A stretch of 14,897 nucleotides of DNA from an archaeon (GTDB taxonomy: Archaea; Iainarchaeota; Iainarchaeia; Iainarchaeales; CSSED10-239), in assembly GCA_041677685.1 (NCBI GenBank), contig JBAYPN010000018.1, positions 1 to 14,897 on the forward strand, given 5' to 3'. The position numbers and the translations under genes are program-made. Position 1 is the first letter of the stretch. Every line of letters begins with the position of its first letter. The notes under the pieces were generated by a model. The model was not told the DNA's origin, searched no databases, and saw only the letters and a program-made list of their open reading frames with translations. Below are positions 7,316-14,790 of this stretch, one piece after another.

Positions 7316-7822
7316 ATGTTAGAAAGAAGAAAAACTTCCTTTTTAGGAGAAATAATATTTATAATAATTCTTGTAATAATAGTGTACTTATTTTTAATGC
7401 AGGTAAAAAGCACAGACCTTAACAAGTTAGAAAAAATAAATAAAAAGTATGGGGTTACTGGAGAGGTATTAGTCCCAACCAACCACCTAGACTATATTGC
7501 AGAACTTAATGAGCTTAAGACAAAGGAATACACAACTCCAATTATCAATTATGTAATTTTAGCAAATGATGCTAAGGAGATTACAGACAGCATAAACTTA
7601 ACAATTCTTAATGACAGAAACTGCATCTCTAATAAACTATATCTTAAAATTAATTTAATTGTAACTAAACAAAAAAATGTTCTAAACTTGTTTACAAAGG
7701 AAGAAAATAATAAACACTTTGAAAAAATATATTGGGACAAGTATATTGAGAAGTTAAGATCAACTACAGAATTTCAAGATATAAAAAATGAACTTAATGC
7801 CATTAGTGTTTGCAAAAGCTGA
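7316..7822 (+). CDS. Hypothetical protein with a single N-terminal transmembrane helix
   Basis: 168-aa ORF that fills the valS-bud32 gap. Its N-terminus RRKTSFLGEIIFIIILVIIVYLFLM is a signal-anchor. It ends 6 nt before the bud32 start. I recognise no family. Confidence 0.5.
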   Translation: MLERRKTSFLGEIIFIIILVIIVYLFLMQVKSTDLNKLEKINKKYGVTGEVLVPTNHLDYIAELNELKTKEYTTPIINYVILANDAKEITDSINLTILNDRNCISNKLYLKINLIVTKQKNVLNLFTKEENNKHFEKIYWDKYIEKLRSTTEFQDIKNELNAISVCKS

Positions 7823-7828
7823 TTTTTT

Positions 7829-8398
7829 ATGAAACTTATAGCATATGGTGCTGAAGCAAAAATATACAAAACAAAAATATTTAATAAAGATGTAATTATT
7901 AAACAAAGACTCTCAAAAAAATACAGACATAAGACATTAGATAAAAAGATCATTAAAAAAAGAAATAAAGAAGAAGCAAATCTTTTAAAAAAAATTAAAA
8001 AATATAATATCAATTGCACAACAGTCTATTATGTGGGAGAAGATAAAATAATTATGAGCTATCTCCAAAATGAAAACACACATAAAAAGAAATTGATAGA
8101 GATTGGAAAAGAGATTTCAAAGTTGCATGATCATGGAATTATACATGGGGACCTTAACCTTATAAACATAATAATCAATAACAACAAAATATTTTTTATA
8201 GATTTTGGACTTGGAAGTGTTTCTTCCAAGATAGAAGATAAAGCAACTGATCTTTTGGTTTTTAAAAAAACTCTTCTAAGTCAAAAAAAGACAGAAAGCT
8301 TTTGGGAGCAAATACTTGAAGGGTACTCTAAAGAAACAAACAAAAAAGAAATAATTAAAAAAATAGAAATTATAGAAAAAAGAGGAAGGTATCTTTAA
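7829..8398 (+). CDS. bud32: KEOPS complex Bud32/PRPK-type atypical protein kinase/ATPase (standalone, not fused to Kae1)
   Basis: 189-aa ORF. LIAYGAEAKIYK is the glycine-loop equivalent. VIIKQR...KKYRHKTLDKKIIKKRNKEEANLLKK matches the Bud32 N-lobe. The catalytic loop HGDLNLINIII and the FIDFGLG motif (DFG) are present. EDKATDLLVF is typical of archaeal Bud32. Confidence 0.8.
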   Translation: MKLIAYGAEAKIYKTKIFNKDVIIKQRLSKKYRHKTLDKKIIKKRNKEEANLLKKIKKYNINCTTVYYVGEDKIIMSYLQNENTHKKKLIEIGKEISKLHDHGIIHGDLNLINIIINNNKIFFIDFGLGSVSSKIEDKATDLLVFKKTLLSQKKTESFWEQILEGYSKETNKKEIIKKIEIIEKRGRYL

Positions 8399-8543
8399 AT
8401 TTACTTAGAAATCTAAAACAACAATATATATAAATAAATCGTAGCTTATTAATATATTATATAAACTATATTTTAAATAAAAAAATTATAGTACCTTAAA
8501 AAAAATAAAAAGTAAGGATTTCTTTTTAAAAAAATTATAAAAT

Positions 8544-8948
8544 ATGATTAGTATGGTAGATAAACAAGAAAAAATGAACAAAGACGAAATATATGGCAAA
8601 ATTGAAGAACTTACAAAAAAAGGAACTTCAAAAGCAAAAATTGGACTTGAACTTAAAAAAGGCAAAGTGCTAAGTACAAAAAAAGAACTTGGTAAAAAAA
8701 TTGGTGTAATCCAAAAGGAACTAAAACTGGAAACTGAAAAGTTGCCTGATGATTTGTTAGCATTAATTAAAAAAGCAGTAAAGTTAATTAAACATAAAGA
8801 TAGTAACAAAAAAGATACTTCTGGAAAAAGAGGATATCAATTAACTGTTTCTAAAATTAATAGATTAAAAAATTATTATATTAAAGAAGGAAAAATTCCT
8901 AAAAACTGGAGATATTCTGATAGCACAGCTAAGCTATTAGTTAAGTAA
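8544..8948 (+). CDS. rps15p: 30S ribosomal protein S15P/S13e (uS15); the N-terminus is shorter than canonical
   Basis: 134-aa ORF. The C-terminal part LPDDLLALIKKAVKLIKHKDSNKKDTSGKRGYQLTVSKINRLKNYYIKEGKIPKNWRYSDSTAKLLV matches the conserved archaeal/eukaryotic uS15 block (LPEDL..L.KKA..LRKHL..N.KD......L.L.ES.I.RL..YY......P..W.Y....A..LV). An in-frame TAA at 8538-8540 rules out a longer N-terminus. Confidence 0.85.
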   Translation: MISMVDKQEKMNKDEIYGKIEELTKKGTSKAKIGLELKKGKVLSTKKELGKKIGVIQKELKLETEKLPDDLLALIKKAVKLIKHKDSNKKDTSGKRGYQLTVSKINRLKNYYIKEGKIPKNWRYSDSTAKLLVK

Positions 8949-8962
8949 TTATAATTAAAAAT

Positions 8963-8966
8963 GGTG
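8963..8966 (+). promoter_or_regulatory. Shine-Dalgarno-like GGTG, 8 nt upstream of the rps3ae ATG
   Basis: The sequence aaaatGGTGtagtatagATG is seen directly. Confidence 0.4.
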
Positions 8967-8974
8967 TAGTATAG

Positions 8975-9547
8975 ATGGCAAAAGTTAAAAAAAGAGTTGT
9001 AGACAATTGGAAAAAAAAGAAATGGTATTCTGTAGAAGCAGATTCTGTTTTTGATAATAAAGAGATCTGTAAGACAGTTGCTCTTGAAAGTAAAAACCTA
9101 ATAGATAGAAATATAAAAAAATCTTTAGAGAAAATAACAAACAACATCAAAGACTCAGGATTTATAATAACTTTTAAAATCTTTAAGGTTACTGGTGGAA
9201 GAGCTGAAACAAAAATTACAGACCTAACCTCCAAAGGTGCAAACATCAAGAGAATGGCAAGAAGAGGAAAATCAAAAATTGAAAACATAATCAATGTTGT
9301 TACTAAAGATGAGCAAAAATTAAAATTAAAAGTATTGTTTATATCTGGAACTAAATTTACAACAGAACTTAGAAGAGAATCAAGAAACATTATTAAAGAG
9401 TTCTTTGAAACTGAGGTTAGAGAAAAAACACTAAAAGAAACTTGGAACAACATCATTTACCAAAAGTTTAGTGAGAAATTAAAAAAAAAACTAGTAAAGT
9501 TAGGTTATGTAAATAAAGTTTTAGTTGCAAAAGCTACAGTAATCTGA
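8975..9547 (+). CDS. rps3ae: 30S ribosomal protein S3Ae (eS1)
   Basis: 190-aa ORF. The N-terminus MAKVKKRVVDNWKKKKWYSVEA matches the eS1 signature (K.KK.VVD.F.KK.WY.V.AP). Its size and its position directly after rps15p fit an archaeal ribosomal protein gene. Confidence 0.8.
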   Translation: MAKVKKRVVDNWKKKKWYSVEADSVFDNKEICKTVALESKNLIDRNIKKSLEKITNNIKDSGFIITFKIFKVTGGRAETKITDLTSKGANIKRMARRGKSKIENIINVVTKDEQKLKLKVLFISGTKFTTELRRESRNIIKEFFETEVREKTLKETWNNIIYQKFSEKLKKKLVKLGYVNKVLVAKATVI

Positions 9548-9554
9548 TCAACTT

Positions 9555-10241
9555 ATGTTTTTTTTATATTTTTTAATCTTTATCTTAATTGGTTTGTTTC
9601 TAAACATTACTAGAGGTTATGACCTATTTACTGTGGCTATCATCTACATAGTGTTTAGCTTTTTTTTATATTTTATAGACTTGTATGCAGTCATCTTTGT
9701 TATCTTGTTCTTTGCAATTGCAGAAGGAATTACACTTTTTTTAAACAAGAAACATGGAAAAAGAAACTATAAAAATGTTTTAGGAAACTGTTTAGCAAGC
9801 ATTGTGTTTTTTATAATTGGGGTGATTTTTAATTATTTTAATCTACTTAACAGCACAGCCTTTGCAGTAGCTGCACTTGCAGCTGTTAGTGCTGCTTTTT
9901 CAGACACACTCTCTTCAGAGATTGGAAGGCTTTCTAAGAAAAAACCAGTATTGATAACTACCTTTAAACCTGTAAAGACAGGGGTTGATGGAGGAATTAC
10001 CTTTCTTGGAATCTCAGCTGCTCTACTTGGAACAATGATTACTGGATTATTTTTTTACTTTGTTAACTATGAGCATAAGTTGGTGTTTATAATTGCAATT
10101 AGTGGAATTATTGGTTCCTTGATAGATAGTGTGATTGGAGCAACAATTGAAAGAAAGGGGTATTTTAATAATAATTTAACAAACTTTGCTTCTACTTTTC
10201 TAACAGGAGTAATTGCAATTGTTATGTTTCTATTTATATAG
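9555..10241 (+). CDS. DUF92/TMEM19-family integral membrane protein (COG1836; the family includes the plant VTE6 phytyl-phosphate kinase)
   Basis: 228-aa polytopic membrane ORF. The block AALAAVSAAFSDTLSSEIGRLSKKKPVLITTFKPVKTGVDGGITFLGISAALLG, followed by GSLIDSVIGAT.E, matches my recollection of the conserved DUF92 core (A.aDT.aSEiG........i.t...v.pG.nGg.t..G). Confidence 0.6.
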   Translation: MFFLYFLIFILIGLFLNITRGYDLFTVAIIYIVFSFFLYFIDLYAVIFVILFFAIAEGITLFLNKKHGKRNYKNVLGNCLASIVFFIIGVIFNYFNLLNSTAFAVAALAAVSAAFSDTLSSEIGRLSKKKPVLITTFKPVKTGVDGGITFLGISAALLGTMITGLFFYFVNYEHKLVFIIAISGIIGSLIDSVIGATIERKGYFNNNLTNFASTFLTGVIAIVMFLFI

Positions 10242-10263
10242 TTTTTTATAAGTATAATTATTT

Positions 10264-10707
10264 ATGGTTAAAAATAATTTTAAACAAAAACAAAACATAA
10301 TATTTATTGTTAGCTTTATAGTCATCTATTCTCTATTATTATTTGTAAATCTAAGATACTTTGCAAACCACCTAATCCTTATGCAAGTTAATCTTATAAA
10401 GAACTTGTTTGGCGGTGTTTTCAACTACAATAGCTTTGTTTTTGTTGCAGAGTGTAGTGGAATTGTTAGTATTAGCACTTACCTGTCAACCATTCTCGCA
10501 CTGTTAGTAACCAAGGTAAAAGGCTACTTTAACTTTAAGATTTTATTATTTACTGCAAGTTTATTAGTTATAAACTTTCTAAGATTAATAGTAGTGTTGT
10601 TGTCTGAGAAGGTAAGCTTTGGATTTGCAAAATTTACACATATCTTTTTTTGGTTTGTTATGGGTGGAGTTATTATAATCTTTATTCTAAAAAGTAGGGA
10701 GAAATAG
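10264..10707 (+). CDS. Minimal archaeosortase/exosortase-family protein (candidate transpeptidase core with four TM helices)
   Basis: 147-aa ORF with four hydrophobic helices. Cys sits in AECSGIVS (C64), Arg in INFLRLIV (R107) and His in FTHIFFW (H126). The order and spacing are those I recall for the Cys/Arg/His signature of the exosortase/archaeosortase superfamily. This is motif-level recognition only. Confidence 0.5.
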   Translation: MVKNNFKQKQNIIFIVSFIVIYSLLLFVNLRYFANHLILMQVNLIKNLFGGVFNYNSFVFVAECSGIVSISTYLSTILALLVTKVKGYFNFKILLFTASLLVINFLRLIVVLLSEKVSFGFAKFTHIFFWFVMGGVIIIFILKSREK

Positions 10708-10724
10708 ACTTAAAGATTAGAAGT

Positions 10725-10750
10725 AAAAAAAGAAAATAAAAAAAGAAAAA
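10725..10750 (-). terminator. Oligo-T cluster (T5, T7, T4 and T7 on the minus strand) immediately downstream of secD
   Basis: The plus strand reads aaaaaaagaaaataaaaaaagaaaaa, so the minus strand carries consecutive T runs within 30 nt of the secD stop (10755-10757). Oligo-T tracts are the archaeal intrinsic termination signal. Confidence 0.5.
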
Positions 10751-10754
10751 GAAA

Positions 10755-12380
10755 TTAATCACTAGAATCTGAAGAAATAATTTTTCTAGCAATCAAAGCA
10801 TAAACAGGTCTTGTGATTAAGATACCAATTGCAGCACCAATCAGAATAGTTACCGCAAAACCAGTTAACTTCCCAAGCCCTAAACCAAAGATAGGAATCA
10901 TTGTGGCCGCAAGAGTAGCAGCTGCAGCAAACATAATAAAGAAAGCATTTTTAGTTTTCTTCATCAAACTATCATTATGCTCTTTTACACCTTTCTTTCT
11001 ACCTCTTAAAAGTTCATCAATAATTATGATGTTGTCGTCCATACCCACACCAATGGTTGCTAAGATCCCTGCTACAGCAGCTAGGTCTAATCTAAAACTA
11101 ATTACTGACAACACACCAAGAAGTAATAAAATCTCAGAAGCACCAGTAAGTAAGATTGGCAAAGACAATTTTAAATATTTATATCTAATAAACAAAACAA
11201 CAGCAACTGTCAACAAAGCAAAGATACCAATCCACAAAGAAGTTTTTAAAAAATCCCTACCAAGATACGGAGAAATTGATTCAGTACTTATACTTTCAAT
11301 TGGAACAGGTAAAGATCCTGACACCAAAATTATATCAATATCATCTAATCTCTTTTTAGCTTCCTCAGAACCAGTTGCTTGTCCTGAAATTGTTAGTTGA
11401 GTAAATGTTTCAAACCTTGGAGAATCAATTGTTGGAACATCCATGTTTGCAACACCTGGAGTTATTGAGATTACAGACTCTAACCCTAACGAGGACCACA
11501 TCCAAAAGGTGTCTCCTTCCTTTTCTTTAACAGTGACAACATAACCAATCTCCTCCAATTGCTCTTTTACACTTTCTGAAATTCCAGGAGAAACTATTGC
11601 TTTTTTGTAAGTATTAAAATCAGAAGTTATGTTTACTAATTGCTCAGAATCTAAATTTTGATCAATTACATAATGTGGGACTGTCAACTGATCAAAAAGT
11701 TCCTCAATTGGAATAAAGTCAGAGGCAAGTTCAGGAGTTGTTGGAACTTTCTTTTCCTCAAAATATAAAGTAGAATCAATTAAGATAATTTGATCCTTAG
11801 GTCTATCAATAAAAAAATATGTTTTTTCACAATCATACTCTTGTTGCCCATCTCCATACCCAGTTGGCACACATTTATGAAAGATCATTTCTGCAAACCT
11901 TTGAGAGGCTTCAGGGGATAACAAGAAAGGTAATGTCCATTGGTAGACATTGTTAGTTCTGTCAATCAATCTAGAACCATAACCCTTTGAAGGATCTTTA
12001 AAAATAGTCTTTATATCATTTCCACTAAATAAGACTTCAGAGTTTAGAACTGCTTCAAAGTTACCTTGTCTTAAAATTGTGTCTTTAATCTTTGTTACTT
12101 CCTCAGAATCAGACTCAGCAAATTGGGCTAAGATATATTGGCTTCCAGAAGGAGTAACCTTTGCATCCTTTGATCCAAATTTATCAATTCTTTTTTCTAT
12201 AATCTGTTTAACTTGGTTTAGTTGATCACTTGAAACTGGATGTTCGAGAACAATTTGAAAAGCTGTTCCACCACTAAAGTCAACACCAAAAGACAATCCC
12301 TTTGTTGCTAAAAAGATAATAGCTATTAACAGTAATATTATCCAAAAAATAAATATTGGTTTTTTAATTAATTTTCTCAT
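10755..12380 (-). CDS. secD: Protein-export membrane protein SecD (archaeal type)
   Basis: 541-aa ORF with an N-terminal TM, then GVDFSGGT, a large extracytoplasmic domain and a C-terminal six-TM bundle. The block ILATIGVGMDDNIIIIDE corresponds to bacterial SecD IGMAVDANVLIFER. It lies 21 bp downstream of secF, in the archaeal secF-secD order. Confidence 0.85.
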   Translation of the reverse strand: MRKLIKKPIFIFWIILLLIAIIFLATKGLSFGVDFSGGTAFQIVLEHPVSSDQLNQVKQIIEKRIDKFGSKDAKVTPSGSQYILAQFAESDSEEVTKIKDTILRQGNFEAVLNSEVLFSGNDIKTIFKDPSKGYGSRLIDRTNNVYQWTLPFLLSPEASQRFAEMIFHKCVPTGYGDGQQEYDCEKTYFFIDRPKDQIILIDSTLYFEEKKVPTTPELASDFIPIEELFDQLTVPHYVIDQNLDSEQLVNITSDFNTYKKAIVSPGISESVKEQLEEIGYVVTVKEKEGDTFWMWSSLGLESVISITPGVANMDVPTIDSPRFETFTQLTISGQATGSEEAKKRLDDIDIILVSGSLPVPIESISTESISPYLGRDFLKTSLWIGIFALLTVAVVLFIRYKYLKLSLPILLTGASEILLLLGVLSVISFRLDLAAVAGILATIGVGMDDNIIIIDELLRGRKKGVKEHNDSLMKKTKNAFFIMFAAAATLAATMIPIFGLGLGKLTGFAVTILIGAAIGILITRPVYALIARKIISSDSSD

Positions 12381-12386
12381 AAAATG

Positions 12387-12390
12387 TCAC
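12387..12390 (-). promoter_or_regulatory. Shine-Dalgarno-like GTGA, 6 nt upstream of the secD ATG, inside the 21-bp secF-secD spacer
   Basis: The reverse complement of 12381-12393 reads gaaGTGAcatttt and is followed by ATG. Confidence 0.4.
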
Positions 12391-12401
12391 TTCTTTATAT
12401 T

Positions 12402-13487
12402 TTAATGTCTATTTTTATTTTTCCTCTCTGCATACCTTATTAAAGCTGGAGCATTAAATGTCCATGTAGAAATCACATCTCCAACAAGCCCACATAACAA
12501 GATTACTGAAATTTCAAAAACAACAAGTAATTGTGAGAAGTAAGAAATCAATAACATAACAATAACTGTTGACACAGTTGTAATTGTCATAGTCAAACCA
12601 GTCTTAATTGAAGTGTTTGCAGAGTCAATTGGGCCTTCTGTTTTATCCTTTAAAACCCTTGCTGTCAGAAGTATGTCTGTGTCAACTGAATAACCAACCA
12701 ACATCAAAAGAGCAGGAATTGTTGTTAGGCTCAAAGAAATATTAAAAATTGCCATACCTGCAAGTGCGAAAATAACATCAAAAACTGCAGCTAAGATAAT
12801 CAATCCTGATGGAATTATTTCTCTAAAGAATAATAGAATTACTGCAACCAATAAAGCAAAAGCAATAATTCCAGCCTTTGCAGAACTTCTTACAAAATCT
12901 TTTCCAAGAGTTGGTGCAACTTCTCTAATCTGAATCTTAGAATCGTCTGTTAAATCTAATTGCCCTTTGATTATGTTTGTTACTTGATTTGTAAAGTTAT
13001 TATTTGCAATAATAATTAGTTCATTAACCCCTGCTTTTAGATCAGGTATGTTTTTAGCCAAGGTAATATCAAGATAATCGTCTTCTGTTATAAAACCTTT
13101 TTCTTCTAGAGGTTGAACAATTGTTGTGTTTACTTGTTCTTTAACTGTTTCTAGGTTTGCTGTATAATCTAATTTTGATCTTTGTTCTTTTACAAGTTCA
13201 ATATCTTCTTGTAAAGAGAGCTCTATTAATAGTCCATATTGGTTTATGCTTTTAGTCTCACTAATATGCACTTCTGCTAAATTGAATTTTTCTTTTAGAG
13301 TTGGCTCTATTAAAGAGAAGTCTTTTTGATCATCAAAATGAATATTTATTTGATTTCCTCCTTTTAGATCAATTCCTTTTTCTAGACCAGGGTAGACAAA
13401 AGCTAAAAACAAGGCAATAATTCCTAAGACTAAAGGAATGTACATTAATTTAGAATAATTTTTTTTAAAAAATTTCATAATAGTCAT
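12402..13487 (-). CDS. secF: Protein-export membrane protein SecF (archaeal type, with an enlarged extracytoplasmic loop)
   Basis: 361-aa ORF with an N-terminal TM, then GIDLKGGN, an extracytoplasmic domain and a C-terminal TM bundle. The block LLMLVGYSVDTDILLTARV corresponds to bacterial SecF GYSINDTVVVFDR. The alternative start is Met4 (MKFFKK). Confidence 0.85.
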   Translation of the reverse strand: MTIMKFFKKNYSKLMYIPLVLGIIALFLAFVYPGLEKGIDLKGGNQINIHFDDQKDFSLIEPTLKEKFNLAEVHISETKSINQYGLLIELSLQEDIELVKEQRSKLDYTANLETVKEQVNTTIVQPLEEKGFITEDDYLDITLAKNIPDLKAGVNELIIIANNNFTNQVTNIIKGQLDLTDDSKIQIREVAPTLGKDFVRSSAKAGIIAFALLVAVILLFFREIIPSGLIILAAVFDVIFALAGMAIFNISLSLTTIPALLMLVGYSVDTDILLTARVLKDKTEGPIDSANTSIKTGLTMTITTVSTVIVMLLISYFSQLLVVFEISVILLCGLVGDVISTWTFNAPALIRYAERKNKNRH

Positions 13488-13819
13488 CTTCTTTTATATT
13501 TTTGTAAATTTTTAATTTAAATTGGGTTTATTTTATTCTTTTATATTTTTTAGAAATAATTAATACTAATAGAAAATTAGTAATTATAATAAATATTATA
13601 TAATAAGAAAACTATATAAATGTAATTAATTAAAGAGAAAAGATAATTACCTTTAAAAAAAGAAAATAATAATTTATAAAATTCTTTTATAATTTTTAAA
13701 AATAAATCTATATATATAATAATATTGATTATTAATTATATATTAAGAGCAATATTTAAGAAAAAGTAAAAATTAAGAAACAAAAAAAATAATTTAAACT
13801 AATTAAAAAAAGAGAAAAT

Positions 13820-14683
13820 ATGAAATATCCAAATATAATTATGGCAAAGGACTTAATTGATCTTTTGATAAGACAACTTAAAAAAGAAGTTGAGAGTAAA
13901 GATATTTATAAGTATATTATTGAATATCAAAAGAAAGTTAATGATAGATTTTTACATGTCTACAATAGCTTGCCTGACTATTCCTTAATGCCTGACTATT
14001 ATTTGTTAATGTCTAAAAACATCTGTGCAGAGACAACCATGTTAAAGCATAAAAACCATTATCTTTCAACATTAAAGAAAATAAAAAAAGTAGCAGAACA
14101 ATATAAAGGGCAAGTAAAAAGACAAAAAGAACAAAAAGTAAAAAATCAATTAAAAAAAGAATTTTTAGGAAGAGCAAACTCTGCAATCAAGAAACTAGAA
14201 GCAACCAACAAACAACTTATAGAGTATAAAAAATACTTTGAGAGAATTCCAAATCCAAAAGATCTTTTTACAATAATTTTAATTGGGGTTCCAAACTCTG
14301 GAAAGACAACTTTGTTAACTCAGTTGACAAGTGCAAATCCAGAGATCAATAGTTATTCATTTACTACCAAGTCATTAAATATTGGGTATTTTAAGATTAG
14401 GGAAAAAGAGATACAGGTGGTTGACACACCTGGGCTAATCCATATGGAGTTTAGAGATATGAACTTGATTGAAAAGCAAACAGTTGTTGCTATTAAGACC
14501 ATCTCTGATGTTATTTTGTTTTTATATAACCAATATCAGGGCTTTGAGGAGCAAGAAAAGATGTTTTTAAAGATCAGAGATGAAAATAAAGATAAGAAGA
14601 TGTTTGCTTACCCAAGCTTTGGTGGGGAGATGAAGGGCTATCCAAATGTTACTTTTGAGCAGATTAAAAATATTGATTTTTGA
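13820..14683 (+). CDS. NOG1/COG1084-type GTP-binding protein homologue with no recognisable G4 motif
   Basis: 287-aa ORF. G1 is GVPNSGKT, G2 is the Thr in YSFTTKS and G3 is DTPGL. The surrounding blocks (NPEINSYSFTTKSLNIGYF...IQVVDTPGL....R..N.IEKQ...AIK..SDVILFL) resemble archaeal NOG1 homologues, and a long helical N-terminal domain precedes the G domain. No NKxD motif is present where one is expected (KKMFAYPSFGGE). Confidence 0.65.
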   Translation: MKYPNIIMAKDLIDLLIRQLKKEVESKDIYKYIIEYQKKVNDRFLHVYNSLPDYSLMPDYYLLMSKNICAETTMLKHKNHYLSTLKKIKKVAEQYKGQVKRQKEQKVKNQLKKEFLGRANSAIKKLEATNKQLIEYKKYFERIPNPKDLFTIILIGVPNSGKTTLLTQLTSANPEINSYSFTTKSLNIGYFKIREKEIQVVDTPGLIHMEFRDMNLIEKQTVVAIKTISDVILFLYNQYQGFEEQEKMFLKIRDENKDKKMFAYPSFGGEMKGYPNVTFEQIKNIDF

Positions 14684-14790
14684 AAAGAGATAAGTTTAGA
14701 AAATTAGAATTTTAATAAAGAATAGAATAACTAAAGAAAATTAAGAAAAACATTTTTAAAAAAATGTAGCTTTGTAAAAAATCTTGTTTT

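Noticed and set aside
7288-8019. Three minus-strand ORFs (64, 63 and 81 aa) overlap the 7316 ORF and bud32.
   Set aside because: All are short, hydrophobic and low-complexity, overlap plus-strand genes that fit the co-directional operon layout, and lack start contexts.
8486-9456. Minus-strand ORFs of 107 aa and 171 aa lie opposite rps15p and rps3ae.
   Set aside because: They are opposite two clearly recognisable ribosomal protein genes. Their S/F/L-rich translations are the typical mirror image of K/E-rich coding sequence.
10813-11400. A 195-aa plus-strand ORF lies inside secD.
   Set aside because: secD motifs and TM architecture on the minus strand explain this region. The plus-strand ORF is an antisense artefact and has no upstream signals.
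12402-13487. SecF is longer than I expect (361 aa, against my recollection of roughly 300 aa for typical SecF), which might indicate a fusion or novelty.
   Set aside because: The extra length sits in the single extracytoplasmic loop and looks like lineage-specific loop expansion. The TM core and the secF-secD operon arrangement are ordinary.
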